Assembly: GCA_040754655.1 (NCBI GenBank)
Contig: JBFMCE010000006.1
Coordinates: 1-58,766, forward strand
Origin: Bdellovibrionota bacterium
GTDB taxonomy: Bacteria > Bdellovibrionota > UBA1018 > UBA923
Length of the DNA stretch: 58,766 nucleotides
Reading direction: 5' to 3'
This document shows positions 18,787 through 29,600 of this stretch, piece by piece. A program made the position numbers and the translations under genes. Within the stretch, counting starts at the first letter, position 1. Every line of letters begins with the position of its first letter. The notes under the pieces are model-generated. The model searched no databases and had not been told where the DNA came from. It saw only the letters and a program-made list of their open reading frames with translations.

Positions 18787-19893
18787 ATGAGCCTATCTCT
18801 CGTCACTTTAGAACAGAACTTCATGGCGACCACTTTCGAACTGACCATCGGGCATTGTTCAAATGGGGATCTGCGCCGCGCTGAGGCTACTTTAAGGGAA
18901 GCCCTTCACATTATAAAAACACTCGAAAACGAGCTCAGCGAATTTCTAGAGCATAGCCCTGTATCAAGGCTCAATCGCTCTCGGCCACACACTAAGATTC
19001 AGGTGCCTGAGTCGGTCATTGAATTGCTCGAACTCTCGCTGAGATTACGCGCCCAAACAGGTGGTGCCTTTGATTGTTTGGCCAAAAGCACGACTCCACT
19101 TTATATGGCCCAAGAAGATCTCGTTTCCTGGAGCGCATCAAACCGAACGGTCTGGAAAAACACTGAGGGCGCTCATCTTGGCTTTGGTGCGATAGGCAAA
19201 GGTTATGCTCTAGACAAAATCCGCCCGCTGCTTGAGCGCGAGGGTTTTTATCATTATATTTTAAGCGCCGGAGGCTCGAGCCAAATCATTTCTGGTTTTC
19301 GCAGTGACGACGCTGCTTGGTCGTGGGGCTGGAGTTGGGCCCAAGATGAGGAACAAAACCCTCTTGGAATTCGTTTTTCCCACCCTTCTGGCTCCGCGAT
19401 CGCAATCGGTGTGTCGGGGCTCCATGAAAAAGGCTTTCATTTAATAGACCCTCGCACGAAACAAAAAGCCGAGACTGCCGCAAGCACGCTCGTCGCGAAA
19501 AGGTCGGCGGCCGAAGCCGATGCGCTGTCTACGGCGCTCTTCGTTCTGGGTTGGGAGCAAGGTCTTCCTAAAATGGCGAGGTCTGATTACCCTGACCAAC
19601 CCACTGCCGTCGCGGCGATTGATCGCCAGGGCACGCCCAGGTGGAACGGTCCGTTTCAAAAACTTTGGGGAGCTCTCGCGACGATCTGTTTGATTTTCAT
19701 CGCGCCGCTGGCGCAGGCCCAACAACAAGAAGAGGCGCTAGATCTTGGCGGCTTGGGTGATGTGGGGCTTGAAATCTTCAACCCCTACCTCTTTGAGCGA
19801 AATTCCGCTTGGGTCCTGCTGCCGCTGCTCACTTTAGGCATGTTGCTTTTGCATCTTAGACGAATGAACCGGAGGAAGAGAAATGATCGATAA
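18787..19893 (+). CDS. apbE: FAD:protein FMN transferase with C-terminal membrane extension
   Basis: MATTF, S.VSRLN, TGGAFD, FGAIGKGYALD, HLIDPRT and ADALSTALFVLG. Confidence 0.9.
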   Translation: MSLSLVTLEQNFMATTFELTIGHCSNGDLRRAEATLREALHIIKTLENELSEFLEHSPVSRLNRSRPHTKIQVPESVIELLELSLRLRAQTGGAFDCLAKSTTPLYMAQEDLVSWSASNRTVWKNTEGAHLGFGAIGKGYALDKIRPLLEREGFYHYILSAGGSSQIISGFRSDDAAWSWGWSWAQDEEQNPLGIRFSHPSGSAIAIGVSGLHEKGFHLIDPRTKQKAETAASTLVAKRSAAEADALSTALFVLGWEQGLPKMARSDYPDQPTAVAAIDRQGTPRWNGPFQKLWGALATICLIFIAPLAQAQQQEEALDLGGLGDVGLEIFNPYLFERNSAWVLLPLLTLGMLLLHLRRMNRRKRNDR

Positions 19894-20395
19894 ACGTATT
19901 TCTGCTGTTTCATTGCTGGCAAGCCTTTATGTGCTCGAATCGGCTCATGCAGCATCGTTCGAGAATCTGGAAGCGGCCGTATTAAAAGCTTTGAAGGTGA
20001 AATCAAAAAAGGACGCCGTGCAAAAGCCCGTCAAAATCGATGGGAAAGAAGAGAAGATTCCCTACTCTAAAGACAAAAGCGGCAAACCTGCCTACTACGC
20101 TTTCATCGAAAAAGGGCTCTACCCTCCGAACTGCACCCACACTTGGGTGATCGGCATCGACGCGAAAACCTCGAAGGTCAATGATGTACGCGTCGTCGAA
20201 ATGAGCTGTCATCATGCGTTTCCCACCAAAGAACCCACTTGGTTAGAGCAATTCATGGGCAAAGGGCCTGCCGACGTCGCCACGCTCGATGACGACATCG
20301 ATACGATCGCAAAAGCCACTGGAAGCAGCAAGCTCGCGACCGACGCCGTGAAACGTGCGATCACGAAAGCGGAAAAAGCGAAGGGTAAAATCTAG
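19883..20395 (+). CDS. Exported FMN-binding domain protein (probable ApbE substrate)
   Basis: Signal peptide; WLEQFMGK...DIDTIAKATGSS resembles the RnfG/NqrC flavinylation region. Confidence 0.75.
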   Translation: MIDKRISAVSLLASLYVLESAHAASFENLEAAVLKALKVKSKKDAVQKPVKIDGKEEKIPYSKDKSGKPAYYAFIEKGLYPPNCTHTWVIGIDAKTSKVNDVRVVEMSCHHAFPTKEPTWLEQFMGKGPADVATLDDDIDTIAKATGSSKLATDAVKRAITKAEKAKGKI

Positions 20396-21942
20396 TGTTT
20401 GGCGTTCCGACCCGCCACGTCCGTATTCTCGTGCAGTGGGCGGTTTTCTTGCTTTGGGTCTCGCTCATCCTCGCAACGAAGCATCCGATGGACGCGTGGA
20501 TCTCAAAGCATGTGCCCGTTTCGTTTTTATTGCGGATAGATCCTCTCGTCATGACCGCCGTGTGCGGAGGGATTCGAGCAGGCGTGACCATCACAATGCT
20601 GGGGTTCGTTACGCTTGCGGTCACCTTGCTTTTAGGCCGCGTGTTTTGCGGATGGGTTTGCCCTCTGGGAGCGATCTTTGACGCTTATGGCTGGGTTCTA
20701 AGGCGGCTTCGAGTTAAGTTCGAAGGGCCTTCTCCCTCGTGGTTCAGAGCGAAGTATTACCTGCTCGCGGCGATCCTGATTTTCTCGATCATCGGTGGCG
20801 TAAGCCCGCTCATGGGATTTGATCCCATCGTCCTTCTCACTCGAACAGCCGCCGTCGTTCTCAACCCGCTCTCACGGAAAAGCGATCATTTCTTTTGGAG
20901 CGCCGGCGGCGCGCCCGCGTACAACGGCTATTTCATCGATGCGCTCACGCTCCTTCTCTTCTTGGGCATCATGACCGCGACCACCAAACTCTCGAGGATC
21001 TGGTGCCGAACAGCATGCCCCCTCGGAGCCTATCTCGCCACCACATCGCGATTCGCCGTGCTCAGGCGCGAGACGAAAGACTGCATCCACTGCAATATCT
21101 GCGCGAACCACTGCCCGACGGGAGCCATCAGTTTTACGAACCCTGAATTCTACAACGAGTCTGAATGCATCAAGTGCTTTGCCTGCAGCCAAGAATGCCC
21201 GGTCGATGCGAATTTTTTCACTTTGAAACCGCCGTTCCCCTCTCAAACCGCGGCCTACGCCCCGGTATCGCTTGAACGCAGGGACTTCTTGCTCACTGGC
21301 ACAGCCGCTCTTGCCGCGGCGCCCGTGATGAATCTTTCGTCGGGAGATACAGGTTCAAGCAAAAAACTCATTCGCCCCCCGATGAGCAGGGAAGAGCATG
21401 ATTTCCTCTCGAGCTGCATCCGCTGCGCTGAATGCATGAAGGCATGCCCCACTGGCATCCTGAAACCAGCAGGGCTTGAGCATGGGCTTCGCGCTCTATG
21501 GAGCCCGGTCATGGTCGCGACTGAAGGAGCTTGCCTCAAAGGTTGCAACGCTTGTTCTCAGGCGTGCCCAACGGATGCCATCATGAAGTATCCCATCGAG
21601 AAGAAGTACGCCTACAAAGCTGGAACGGCGATTTTCAATTCTTCCTTGTGCATCAGCTACACCGAAAACAAGTTTTGCACTGAATGCGTCAAAGCATGCC
21701 CCACGAACGCCATCTCCGTAAAAAAAGGCTGGGAACCCGAGAGTGGCCAAGGGGCTGACTTTCCGGCCCCAGACGGCCAATTCCCAACCCGCCCGGTTCA
21801 AGTGAGTTTTGATGCGTGCATCGGATGCGGCGGATGCGAATACGCCTGCAATCAAATCGTGTTTGGCCCGCCCGCCATGTTGACGACTTCATATGGGCGA
21901 GCAGTTCCGTCATCGGTAGGGCAAGAGAAAGGAAACTCATAA
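20395..21942 (+). CDS. Membrane polyferredoxin, NapH/MauN-like fused to NapG/MauM-like
   Basis: GRVFCGWVCPLG, WCRTACPLG, multiple CxxCxxCxxxCP, internal RRDFL and LIRPP. Confidence 0.9.
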   Translation: MFGVPTRHVRILVQWAVFLLWVSLILATKHPMDAWISKHVPVSFLLRIDPLVMTAVCGGIRAGVTITMLGFVTLAVTLLLGRVFCGWVCPLGAIFDAYGWVLRRLRVKFEGPSPSWFRAKYYLLAAILIFSIIGGVSPLMGFDPIVLLTRTAAVVLNPLSRKSDHFFWSAGGAPAYNGYFIDALTLLLFLGIMTATTKLSRIWCRTACPLGAYLATTSRFAVLRRETKDCIHCNICANHCPTGAISFTNPEFYNESECIKCFACSQECPVDANFFTLKPPFPSQTAAYAPVSLERRDFLLTGTAALAAAPVMNLSSGDTGSSKKLIRPPMSREEHDFLSSCIRCAECMKACPTGILKPAGLEHGLRALWSPVMVATEGACLKGCNACSQACPTDAIMKYPIEKKYAYKAGTAIFNSSLCISYTENKFCTECVKACPTNAISVKKGWEPESGQGADFPAPDGQFPTRPVQVSFDACIGCGGCEYACNQIVFGPPAMLTTSYGRAVPSSVGQEKGNS

Positions 21943-23301
21943 ATGAGAAAAAGACGAGGGTGCGCAAGCGTGACCATTCACTTGAGTCTTGCGGCTTCTT
22001 GCTTGGGATTGGCGCTCTTCTCGGCGTCCGAGGCTTCTGCTCAGGGCCAGACGGCGGCGCAAAGCAAAACCACCTCGCCTAAAAGCGCTCAAAAACCAGC
22101 CAATGTGAGCGCTCCCCAATGGAACAATATGGTTCGGTTCATCAAAAAGATGAACGAGCGCCTGGAGAAAGTTGAAAAAGACGATCCTCAGAGCGCCACG
22201 GGGGCTTCTCCTTCCGGCAAGGAAGAAGCCTTAGACCTCTCTGGCGGATCTTCACCTCACGGGAAAGGCGACCCGGCGCCTGGCGCTGCTCCGGCGGGGC
22301 TTGCATCCCAATCACCGCACGCTCACATGCCAAGCATCTCGCCTTTTTTTAAGGTTTACTTCGATCTCAACTTTTACAAGCGCCCCGGGATCACTCCCCT
22401 GACTTTCGACAATTTTCATTCGTTCCTACTGGTTGAACTCACACCGACGGATGACATCCAGTTTTCTTTCGACGTCAATCCCACGCCTCGGTATTACGAA
22501 CTCGATTACCAGGTTTTCAAGCGGCTTCAGCTGCGAGTCGGCAAGATTTGGATTCCCTTCGATGACATGTCGCCCCACAATATCTTCGGAGGAAGAGTGA
22601 ACGTGTCTCGTTTAGCGCCAGCGACGAACTCACCTGCGTTTTTGCCTGACCTTTGGACTGATCTCGGGGTCGGGGCGAAATACCGCCTCGTCGAAAAATC
22701 GAAACTAACCGTTGATAGCCACTTCTACGTCGTAAACGGTTTTCGTTCAGGAGGAACCGATCCCAAGAATCCAAGCACAGGCGCTGACAACTATCCTTCA
22801 TTCGCGGATCTTCCGACCTCGCCAGACAATAACAATGACAAGGCGTTTGGAGGAAGGTTGCACGCCCTGCTTTGGAGGAAATTGGGGCTTGGCGTGTCGT
22901 ATTATACCGCGCGGTGGAACAACCAGGCGATCGTCGAGGCGAAACGTTTAAGCCTCATCGGCGGAGACGCTCAATTTCGCTTTTCAAAAACGGAATTTCG
23001 CGCGGGCCTGGTGAGCATGAACATCGACATTCCCAATGCCGATTTCAATCGAGGCGGCGCTTACGTTGAAGCAGGCCAGAGGTTTGGCAAGAATGACGCC
23101 TGGAAAGGGCTCTTGCGCGCAGGCCAATTGAATACCGATGATCGCGTGATTGATGCCTCTGACCAGCAGATCGTAGGAGCCACCCTGCTTTATAAACCAG
23201 GGCTTATCCAATGGTCGATTGAACACAGCAGAGACCTCACCGAAAATGCGCGCAAGAGAAACTATACGTTCACGAATTTTCGCATTGTAATTGCTTTGTA
23301 A
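21943..23301 (+). CDS. Outer-membrane beta-barrel (porin-like) protein
   Basis: Signal peptide, coiled N-terminus, alternating beta strands and DNNNDKAFGGR motif. Confidence 0.75.
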   Translation: MRKRRGCASVTIHLSLAASCLGLALFSASEASAQGQTAAQSKTTSPKSAQKPANVSAPQWNNMVRFIKKMNERLEKVEKDDPQSATGASPSGKEEALDLSGGSSPHGKGDPAPGAAPAGLASQSPHAHMPSISPFFKVYFDLNFYKRPGITPLTFDNFHSFLLVELTPTDDIQFSFDVNPTPRYYELDYQVFKRLQLRVGKIWIPFDDMSPHNIFGGRVNVSRLAPATNSPAFLPDLWTDLGVGAKYRLVEKSKLTVDSHFYVVNGFRSGGTDPKNPSTGADNYPSFADLPTSPDNNNDKAFGGRLHALLWRKLGLGVSYYTARWNNQAIVEAKRLSLIGGDAQFRFSKTEFRAGLVSMNIDIPNADFNRGGAYVEAGQRFGKNDAWKGLLRAGQLNTDDRVIDASDQQIVGATLLYKPGLIQWSIEHSRDLTENARKRNYTFTNFRIVIAL

Positions 23302-23365
23302 TAGTTCGGCTGCTTTAGCATGACCCCATGACTCGGCAGTGCAATTTCTTTGGCGGGCAAGCCAT

Positions 23366-23833
23366 TTACTGGCAGGTCGTGCCTAAATCGTCCAAGACCC
23401 ATTGGCGCAGGGCCCTGTACGATGCTTCGGTTGTTCCGCCAAAAATCGTCGGGTGTGAGTTGCCCAAGGGCCTTAGCAAAAAGGTAGTTTGATCGGCATC
23501 GCTATTGTCGAGTTTCAGCCGCGAAATAGAGTAGTTCTCTGAGATCGCGCCTTCAGCGCCAGCTGAAGTGACTATTTGATAACGCCCCGATCCAGCGCCC
23601 CCGCTCGTATGGCAAGTCAGGCAATTCGCCTGCAAGATGGGATCTGCGTTGAGACGAAAGGAAGTAGCCCCATCGCAAGGCACGCTTGTGATCGTGACCA
23701 AACTGTCATCGCTGCTCACTACGGCGTCAGATTCGTTGTTAAGCCCGTTGCACCCATTTGCGAATATCAGCGAACAGATGATGAAACCCCAACTACCCCT
23801 GGATTTGGACGATTTACTCTGGTGACAAGGCAT
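23366..23833 (-). CDS. Monoheme c-type cytochrome lipoprotein
   Basis: Lipobox [15 protein letters not shown] heme motif; distal His. Confidence 0.7.
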   Translation of the reverse strand: MPCHQSKSSKSRGSWGFIICSLIFANGCNGLNNESDAVVSSDDSLVTITSVPCDGATSFRLNADPILQANCLTCHTSGGAGSGRYQIVTSAGAEGAISENYSISRLKLDNSDADQTTFLLRPLGNSHPTIFGGTTEASYRALRQWVLDDLGTTCQ

Positions 23834-23871
23834 GTTTTGATTTTACCACCAAGAAGAGTAAAATAAACCCT

Positions 23872-24066
23872 ATGTGGGGAATGAGCTTGAGTCACATTTT
23901 AATATTGGTTGTCGTTATTCTCTTGTTCGGGGCGCGCCGCCTGCCTGAACTTGGAAGCGCCCTTGGAAGAGGGATCCGCGCTTTCAAGAAAGGCCTTGAT
24001 GGCGAGGAAAATCCTTCCCCTAAACAAATTGCCGACAATGAAGACGATCCTTCAAAGAAGAGCTAG
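23872..24066 (+). CDS. tatA: Twin-arginine translocase TatA/E
   Basis: [26 protein letters not shown]. Confidence 0.93.
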   Translation: MWGMSLSHILILVVVILLFGARRLPELGSALGRGIRAFKKGLDGEENPSPKQIADNEDDPSKKS

Positions 24067-24821
24067 GCCGCTTTTTTGGGATCTGTCTTGATCGCGCTCG
24101 CAAGGGTAGCCGCAAAAAAAGCCTCTTTGTGAATCGCTTTTTCAGGAACATTGTGCACATGCAGGATTCGTTTCACTTCGGCGATCATCTCGCCGTTGCC
24201 GCACAGGTAGAAGTCTGTGGAATCCCAGTTCCAATCTGAGGAAATGCTGCGAAGGTAATCCGTCACTCGCCCGCGAAAACCCGTCCAAGCGTCATCTGCG
24301 CGAGAGAGCGCGTAAACGGTCTTCACGCCCATCGACTCAAAATCCTTAGGGAACAAGATATCCTGCTCACTGCGGGCTCCATACAGGCATAGAGCCTGCT
24401 TCGGAGGATTTTCTTCGAATTGCCTTGAGAGAACCATTGAACGAAAAGGCGCGATGCCCGTGCCCGTGCTGATAAAGCAGACTGAGCGTTCAGGCTTGGT
24501 TTCATACACGAAATCACCGTAAGGAGCCGTGGCTTCGAAAACATCCCCTGGCTGAAGAGAAGCGACGTACTCAGACCCTCTGCCGCCTTTTTGATACTTG
24601 ATGCAAAGCTCATAGCCATTCTTGATCGCAAGATCGGGAGCACCCGCGAAAGTATAAGGCCTGCGCACTGGCTTGCGTGCATCACCGCCCGGCACGCAAA
24701 GGCTTAAAAACTGGCCGGGATAGTAGTTCATTTTTTTTGCCGAAGTAAACCTCAGGTAGATCACAACGGGGGTGATCCATCTTTTTTCAACGACTTGGCA
24801 CCGAAATGACCTCGCAGGCAT
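24063..24821 (-). CDS. FAD/NAD(P)-binding oxidoreductase (ferredoxin-NADP reductase family)
   Basis: [20 protein letters not shown] and YLCGNGEM. Confidence 0.92.
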   Translation of the reverse strand: MPARSFRCQVVEKRWITPVVIYLRFTSAKKMNYYPGQFLSLCVPGGDARKPVRRPYTFAGAPDLAIKNGYELCIKYQKGGRGSEYVASLQPGDVFEATAPYGDFVYETKPERSVCFISTGTGIAPFRSMVLSRQFEENPPKQALCLYGARSEQDILFPKDFESMGVKTVYALSRADDAWTGFRGRVTDYLRSISSDWNWDSTDFYLCGNGEMIAEVKRILHVHNVPEKAIHKEAFFAATLASAIKTDPKKAA

Positions 24822-24845
24822 GAATGAGCATCCCCCTTAAGATCA

Positions 24846-24873
24846 AAATCGGAATAATCCTGCTTGAACTTTA
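24846..24873 (-). promoter_or_regulatory. Possible sigma-28 promoter
   Basis: Minus strand TAAAG-N15-TCCGATTT upstream of ATG 24821. Confidence 0.35.
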
Positions 24874-24965
24874 GGCACAGGCCAGCGGGCTTCTTCGTTC
24901 AGCCTCTTAAACATCAAGCAGATCTTGCTTGATGCAATACGGTTTCCTTTCTATGCTTAAGCCAT

Positions 24966-25514
24966 ATGCAAAAACGCATCGGCGACTTCCTGCGAGAAAA
25001 GGGCGTAATTGACTCGGTGCAACTTCAGGAAATCCTCTCTTTTTCCAGGAAAACAGGGTTGCGCTTCGGAGAAGCCGGCATGGAGTTGGGCTTTCTGAGC
25101 GAGGAGAAGCTGATCGAACTTTTCGGGCCAAGCTACAAGGTAAACTTTTTTCATTTAGAGCCCGGTTACTTCCCGAAAACAACGCGAGACTTCTTTCCCA
25201 TTGATTTCATCATCAGGCATGGCGTGCTTCCGCTTGGGTACAAGACCGAGTATTCTTTTTTCCTGCGGGCCCAAAAACGACTCAACATAGGTTTGCTCAC
25301 GCCCTCGCACAAAGAAACGATCACAAAGATTGAAGAGCACGCAGAGAACAAACTGGGTCAAAAGAAGTTCGCCGGCATTCGTCTGTTTTTGATCTTGGGC
25401 GATCAAATGATCAAGGTGCTTGAGCGCGAGTATGGGGTTACCGAAGATGAACTTCGACGCAAGTCTCCCGCCGAAATCAACCCGACGCTGGCGATGTTTC
25501 TTTCTACTGGTTGA
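24966..25514 (+). CDS. Stand-alone MshEN / T2SSE N-terminal domain protein
   Basis: Tandem RIGDFL..KGVI...L and RFGE....LGFL...L motifs; no ATPase domain. Confidence 0.75.
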   Translation: MQKRIGDFLREKGVIDSVQLQEILSFSRKTGLRFGEAGMELGFLSEEKLIELFGPSYKVNFFHLEPGYFPKTTRDFFPIDFIIRHGVLPLGYKTEYSFFLRAQKRLNIGLLTPSHKETITKIEEHAENKLGQKKFAGIRLFLILGDQMIKVLEREYGVTEDELRRKSPAEINPTLAMFLSTG

Positions 25515-25651
25515 CTTGAACAAGCCTTTATCTTCGTCTCACTCAAACTTTACAGGGTCGAAGCAAAAAAACGTCAAACCCTTAGCCAGCTGTTCAAGCC
25601 CGCCCCTGTTGCGCTGAAGACCCATCCCTATTCATTCCAAGAATTTACCGG

Positions 25652-25667
25652 TGGCACTCGCGTTGCA
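25652..25667 (+). promoter_or_regulatory. sigma-54 promoter
   Basis: TGGCAC-TCGCG-TTGCA, exact consensus, 38 bp upstream of ATG 25706. Confidence 0.8.
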
Positions 25668-25705
25668 CATTTAAGTCAGCAAGAGACAATCAAGGAAACA
25701 CGAAG

Positions 25706-26437
25706 ATGAATAAGCCATACCTGACTTCGCGAGCATATAAAAACTATGAATCCCTGCAGACTGCGGGCACGCTTGAAGCGCTCATCACCAATGCTTCGAA
25801 CATCTCGTTTTACGAAGCCTTAGGTCCGCTTGAGCTGCAGCGCTTCGCTCAAACCATCGATCTTGAAAAATGCCCCGATCTTGACCAGCTCAAAAACTAT
25901 ATCGACCACTCAACACATGTGCTCGAGATCGGAGCTGGCTATGGAAGAGTGATCCAAGGTTTGCGAGAAAGACGCCCCGAACTTAAAATCACGGCAGTTG
26001 AACTTGCAAAAAACTCGGTGACTCACCTTCAAAAACGCTTTCAAAATACACCGAATCTAAGAATCCTTTCCGGCGACATCCTCGAAGTACCTACCAGGCA
26101 AGAATATGACCTCGCTCTTTGGCTTTGGAGTGGACTTGCCGATCTCAACCGCCTTGAACAACGGCTGTGCGTGAAACGCCTTGCAACCCTGCTCTTCCCA
26201 AGTGGTGCTCTTGCCATCGACCTTCCGGCTGACGTTACGAATATGAACGCGACAACTTCAATCGAGAACTATTACAAACTGAGGCTTGATCCGAAGCTCT
26301 TGTACTATGGCTATATCCCCCCAAAAGACGAGCTTATTGCCCTGTGTTCTAAGGCTTCCCTTATCCACGTTCAAGAGGTCTGCTATTCAACTTCAACTGG
26401 AAAACAACGCCTGCTCGAGGTTTTTAAGAAGGCATAA
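25706..26437 (+). CDS. Class I SAM-dependent methyltransferase
   Basis: VLEIGAGYGR, ITAVEL and GDI..YDL motifs. Confidence 0.88.
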   Translation: MNKPYLTSRAYKNYESLQTAGTLEALITNASNISFYEALGPLELQRFAQTIDLEKCPDLDQLKNYIDHSTHVLEIGAGYGRVIQGLRERRPELKITAVELAKNSVTHLQKRFQNTPNLRILSGDILEVPTRQEYDLALWLWSGLADLNRLEQRLCVKRLATLLFPSGALAIDLPADVTNMNATTSIENYYKLRLDPKLLYYGYIPPKDELIALCSKASLIHVQEVCYSTSTGKQRLLEVFKKA

Positions 26438-26461
26438 AACCCCGCTTGCCCCTAAATCTCT

Positions 26462-26488
26462 TAAGGCCGGTCGCTTAACTACCGATAA
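26462..26488 (+). promoter_or_regulatory. Probable sigma-28 (FliA) promoter
   Basis: TAAG-N15-ACCGATAA upstream of the large cytochrome gene. Confidence 0.55.
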
Positions 26489-26616
26489 ATCTTAGTGAAA
26501 ACTTAGGTCTTCCCTTATAGCGCAGAGCGCCTTAGAATTGTTGATAGTAATAGTCTACTTAAGATCAGATCTCACTGTTAACTTTTCTTAATAGACTAAT
26601 AAGGGGTTTGAGGGGA

Positions 26617-29600
26617 ATGTTTCAGATAATTCATGGACTGAAGACTTTAACCTGGGCTCTCGCCATACTTGTAACGCTTCAAGGTTGTAAGGGGCTTGAG
26701 AACGCTCAAGACGCCGTTGAGGCCGCTCCGAACTTTATCCCAGGCAATACAAGGCCTCGTGTTATCGCAAGCTCGTCGCCCTTCCGTGCGATCTTAGCTA
26801 ACAAGTGCTTGTCGTGCCACGGCTCAGGCTCTCGTGACGGAGACTTCACTGTTTCTGACGAAGACCTTATCCAAAGAGGTTATATCGCCCAAAGTGGCGA
26901 TCCTGATGCTTCTTCTCTTTATTACCGGCTTCGCGGCGCAAATTCGAATCACACGCCGAACCAAGAAAACATGCCTCCAACCGAAAGAGACAGGCTCACC
27001 AACGACGAGCTCACGATCGTGCGCAATCACATCATCAGCCTGAGACGAACCCTGCCACCAAGCGTTGCATTCATCCGACCTGCAGATGGCAGGCTTTCAA
27101 ACCAAACTCGTTTTGATGTCGAGATTGCCTGCACAGTCGGCGCAGGTGACGTCACTGTTTCAGGACAAGCTGCTGACGTTATTTCAGGATTCACATTGCC
27201 TTGTGAACCCAACGGCAGGGCTATTGGTCAAGTCACTGTAAGAGCCGGCGATTACTCGAGCACTCTCACTGCCACCCAGACGATCAACGGGCAAACCGAC
27301 ACGAGAACATTGAATTTCAGTACCGACACGGTTGCTCCGGTTGTGAGCTTGAACGGAACAGACGGCGACTTGCGCGGCACGCAGAACTTTTCAGTCTCTG
27401 GCGGTTGCCTTGCCGCCGATAACGGCAGAACCGTCACTCTGTCAGGCAATCTTTTAAATGGCGCTACCGTTGATGCTACCTGCCAAAACTCGGTGTTCAC
27501 TGCCAATGTCACGGTAACCGCCGGTGTAGGCAACAAGACCATCAATGCAAACATGAGCGACGCCGCCGGAAACTCAAGCAACACAGCGGCTCGCGTTTTT
27601 CGTTACGACAACAACGCTCCAGTAGTCACGATCACTGCACCTACCGCAGCGGTCGCTCCAACGACTGGTGGAGTATCCGCAGTTGCGCTAGCTGGCGATT
27701 GCGTCACCGGCCTTAACGTGCGCGTCTCAGTACGAGTCGGCGGAAACGTCATCGGAACGCCAACAAACGTGGCCTGCACGAACGCCAGGTACGCGGCGAA
27801 CGTCACGCTTCCTGCCCCCGATGGAACAAAAGAAATTCTTGTCCAACAAACCAATGCCGCCAACCTCACGGGAAGCGCATCGCGAAACTATCAGCGCGAT
27901 ACCGCAGCACCTGCTCTCGCCGTAACGGCGCCAGCGCCAGACGCATCACCCAATCCTAATGCGCAGACCAGCGTTAACGCTCGAAGCGTGAACTTGAGCG
28001 GTACTTGCGAAACAGGGCTTACAGTCAACGTCTCACAAGTGGGGGTTGCAGGAACGACTACGGCAAACTGCGATGCTCCAGGAACCTTTTCTGTCACTGG
28101 TTTTCAAGTGAGCGCAGGCGATGGCCAAAAACAGATCCAGCTCAACCAAAGAGACGCCGCGACAAATACCGGCGCCATCACCAAGATCATCGTGCTTGAT
28201 ACGGTTGCGCCGACCCTTACAATCACCGACGCACCTGCCGCAAATAGTGAAGTGCTCACAAATACTTTCACCGTCGGCGGCGCCTGCCAAGGCAATCTTC
28301 CGGTCACGATCACCGTCACTTCTTCCGTAGTGGTTGGGCAATCGAATAGCGTGAACACCGCTTGCACGGGCGGAGTTTCTTATTCCGCTTACGTAGGCAT
28401 TGAGGCGCTTGCTCCCGGAGCCTTCACTTTATCGGTCACTCAGCGCGATGTCGCGGGCAATACGGGCCAAGCTCCGTCAAGATCGATCATCAAAGCCCAG
28501 AGCCTTGCCGCTGAACGCGCCCTGCAGTCATTCCGAGACACCGTGTATGCGATCACGAATACGCGCGGCGACTGCGCGGCCTGCCACTATGCAGCTGGCG
28601 CCGGCATGCGCTTTCCGCACGCAGACTCAAATATCTATACCGCATACGATGCGGCGAAATCCTTGGTCAACTTCACCAACCCTGAACTCTCACGCATGGT
28701 TGCAGTCTGCTCAACCGACAGGCACCGCAACTACCGCGCATGCGCAAACGGCGGCCGAGAACTCGAAGACGCGATTCGATCGTGGTGGAGCGGCGGCGAA
28801 GAGGCGTACGCCTTGGCAGGTCACAAGCCATTTGCTTGCGCCCCTGGAAGCGATCCTGGGATCACCCCGACAAGAAGGCTCAGTAAAGCCCAATACGGGA
28901 ATACCATCCGCGATCTCCTGCGCGTATTCAACCCGACCAACGCTGCCGACTTCAACGCCATCGCCGCGGCATTGGCGCCAGAAGTCGATCAACTCCCTAG
29001 CGACGAAGGCGGAACCTTTGACCGCATGGACTTGCGCGTGAACTCGGCTCACGTCAACGTATTCTATACGGTAGCCTCATTGTTCGCAGACCAAGTGTCT
29101 TCGACGAATGCGCGACTCTTGAGATTCGCAGGCCAGTATGCGCCAAGCTGCACCAGCGTCACTCCCCCGACATCCCAGTGCGTAAATGATTTCATCGCAG
29201 GATTTGGTTTGTACGCATACAGGCGCCCTCTGATCGCCGAAGAAGTTACTTCCTACAGGGCGATGTACGATGCACCGTCGACCACGGGGCTTCGCAATTT
29301 GATCGCGCGTTTCCTGATGGCGCCAGAATTCATCTATCAAGTCGAAGTGGGGAACCTCGCCTCGGCCGAAACCGATGTTTTCTCTCTCACTCCATATGAA
29401 GTGGCTGCAAGGCTTTCGTTCCACTTCTGGGATACGATGCCGAACACGGCGCTTTTCAACTATGCCGACGATCCATCACCGAACCCGCTTCTTGCCAGCG
29501 GCGCAGCATTCCAGAACATTGTGAATGAGGTCTTGAACGCCGCCCATCCCGACGGCGGAGCAACGCGAACGCGCCAGACCTTCGACCGCTTTTATTCTCA

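Noticed and set aside
20395..21942. nap or nos respiratory operon
   Set aside because: No napA/napB or nosZ in the cluster; only NapH/G-like domains
27252..28367. Series of minus-strand ORFs opposite the Ig repeats
   Set aside because: Antisense shadows caused by Thr/Ala/Val/Gly codon bias
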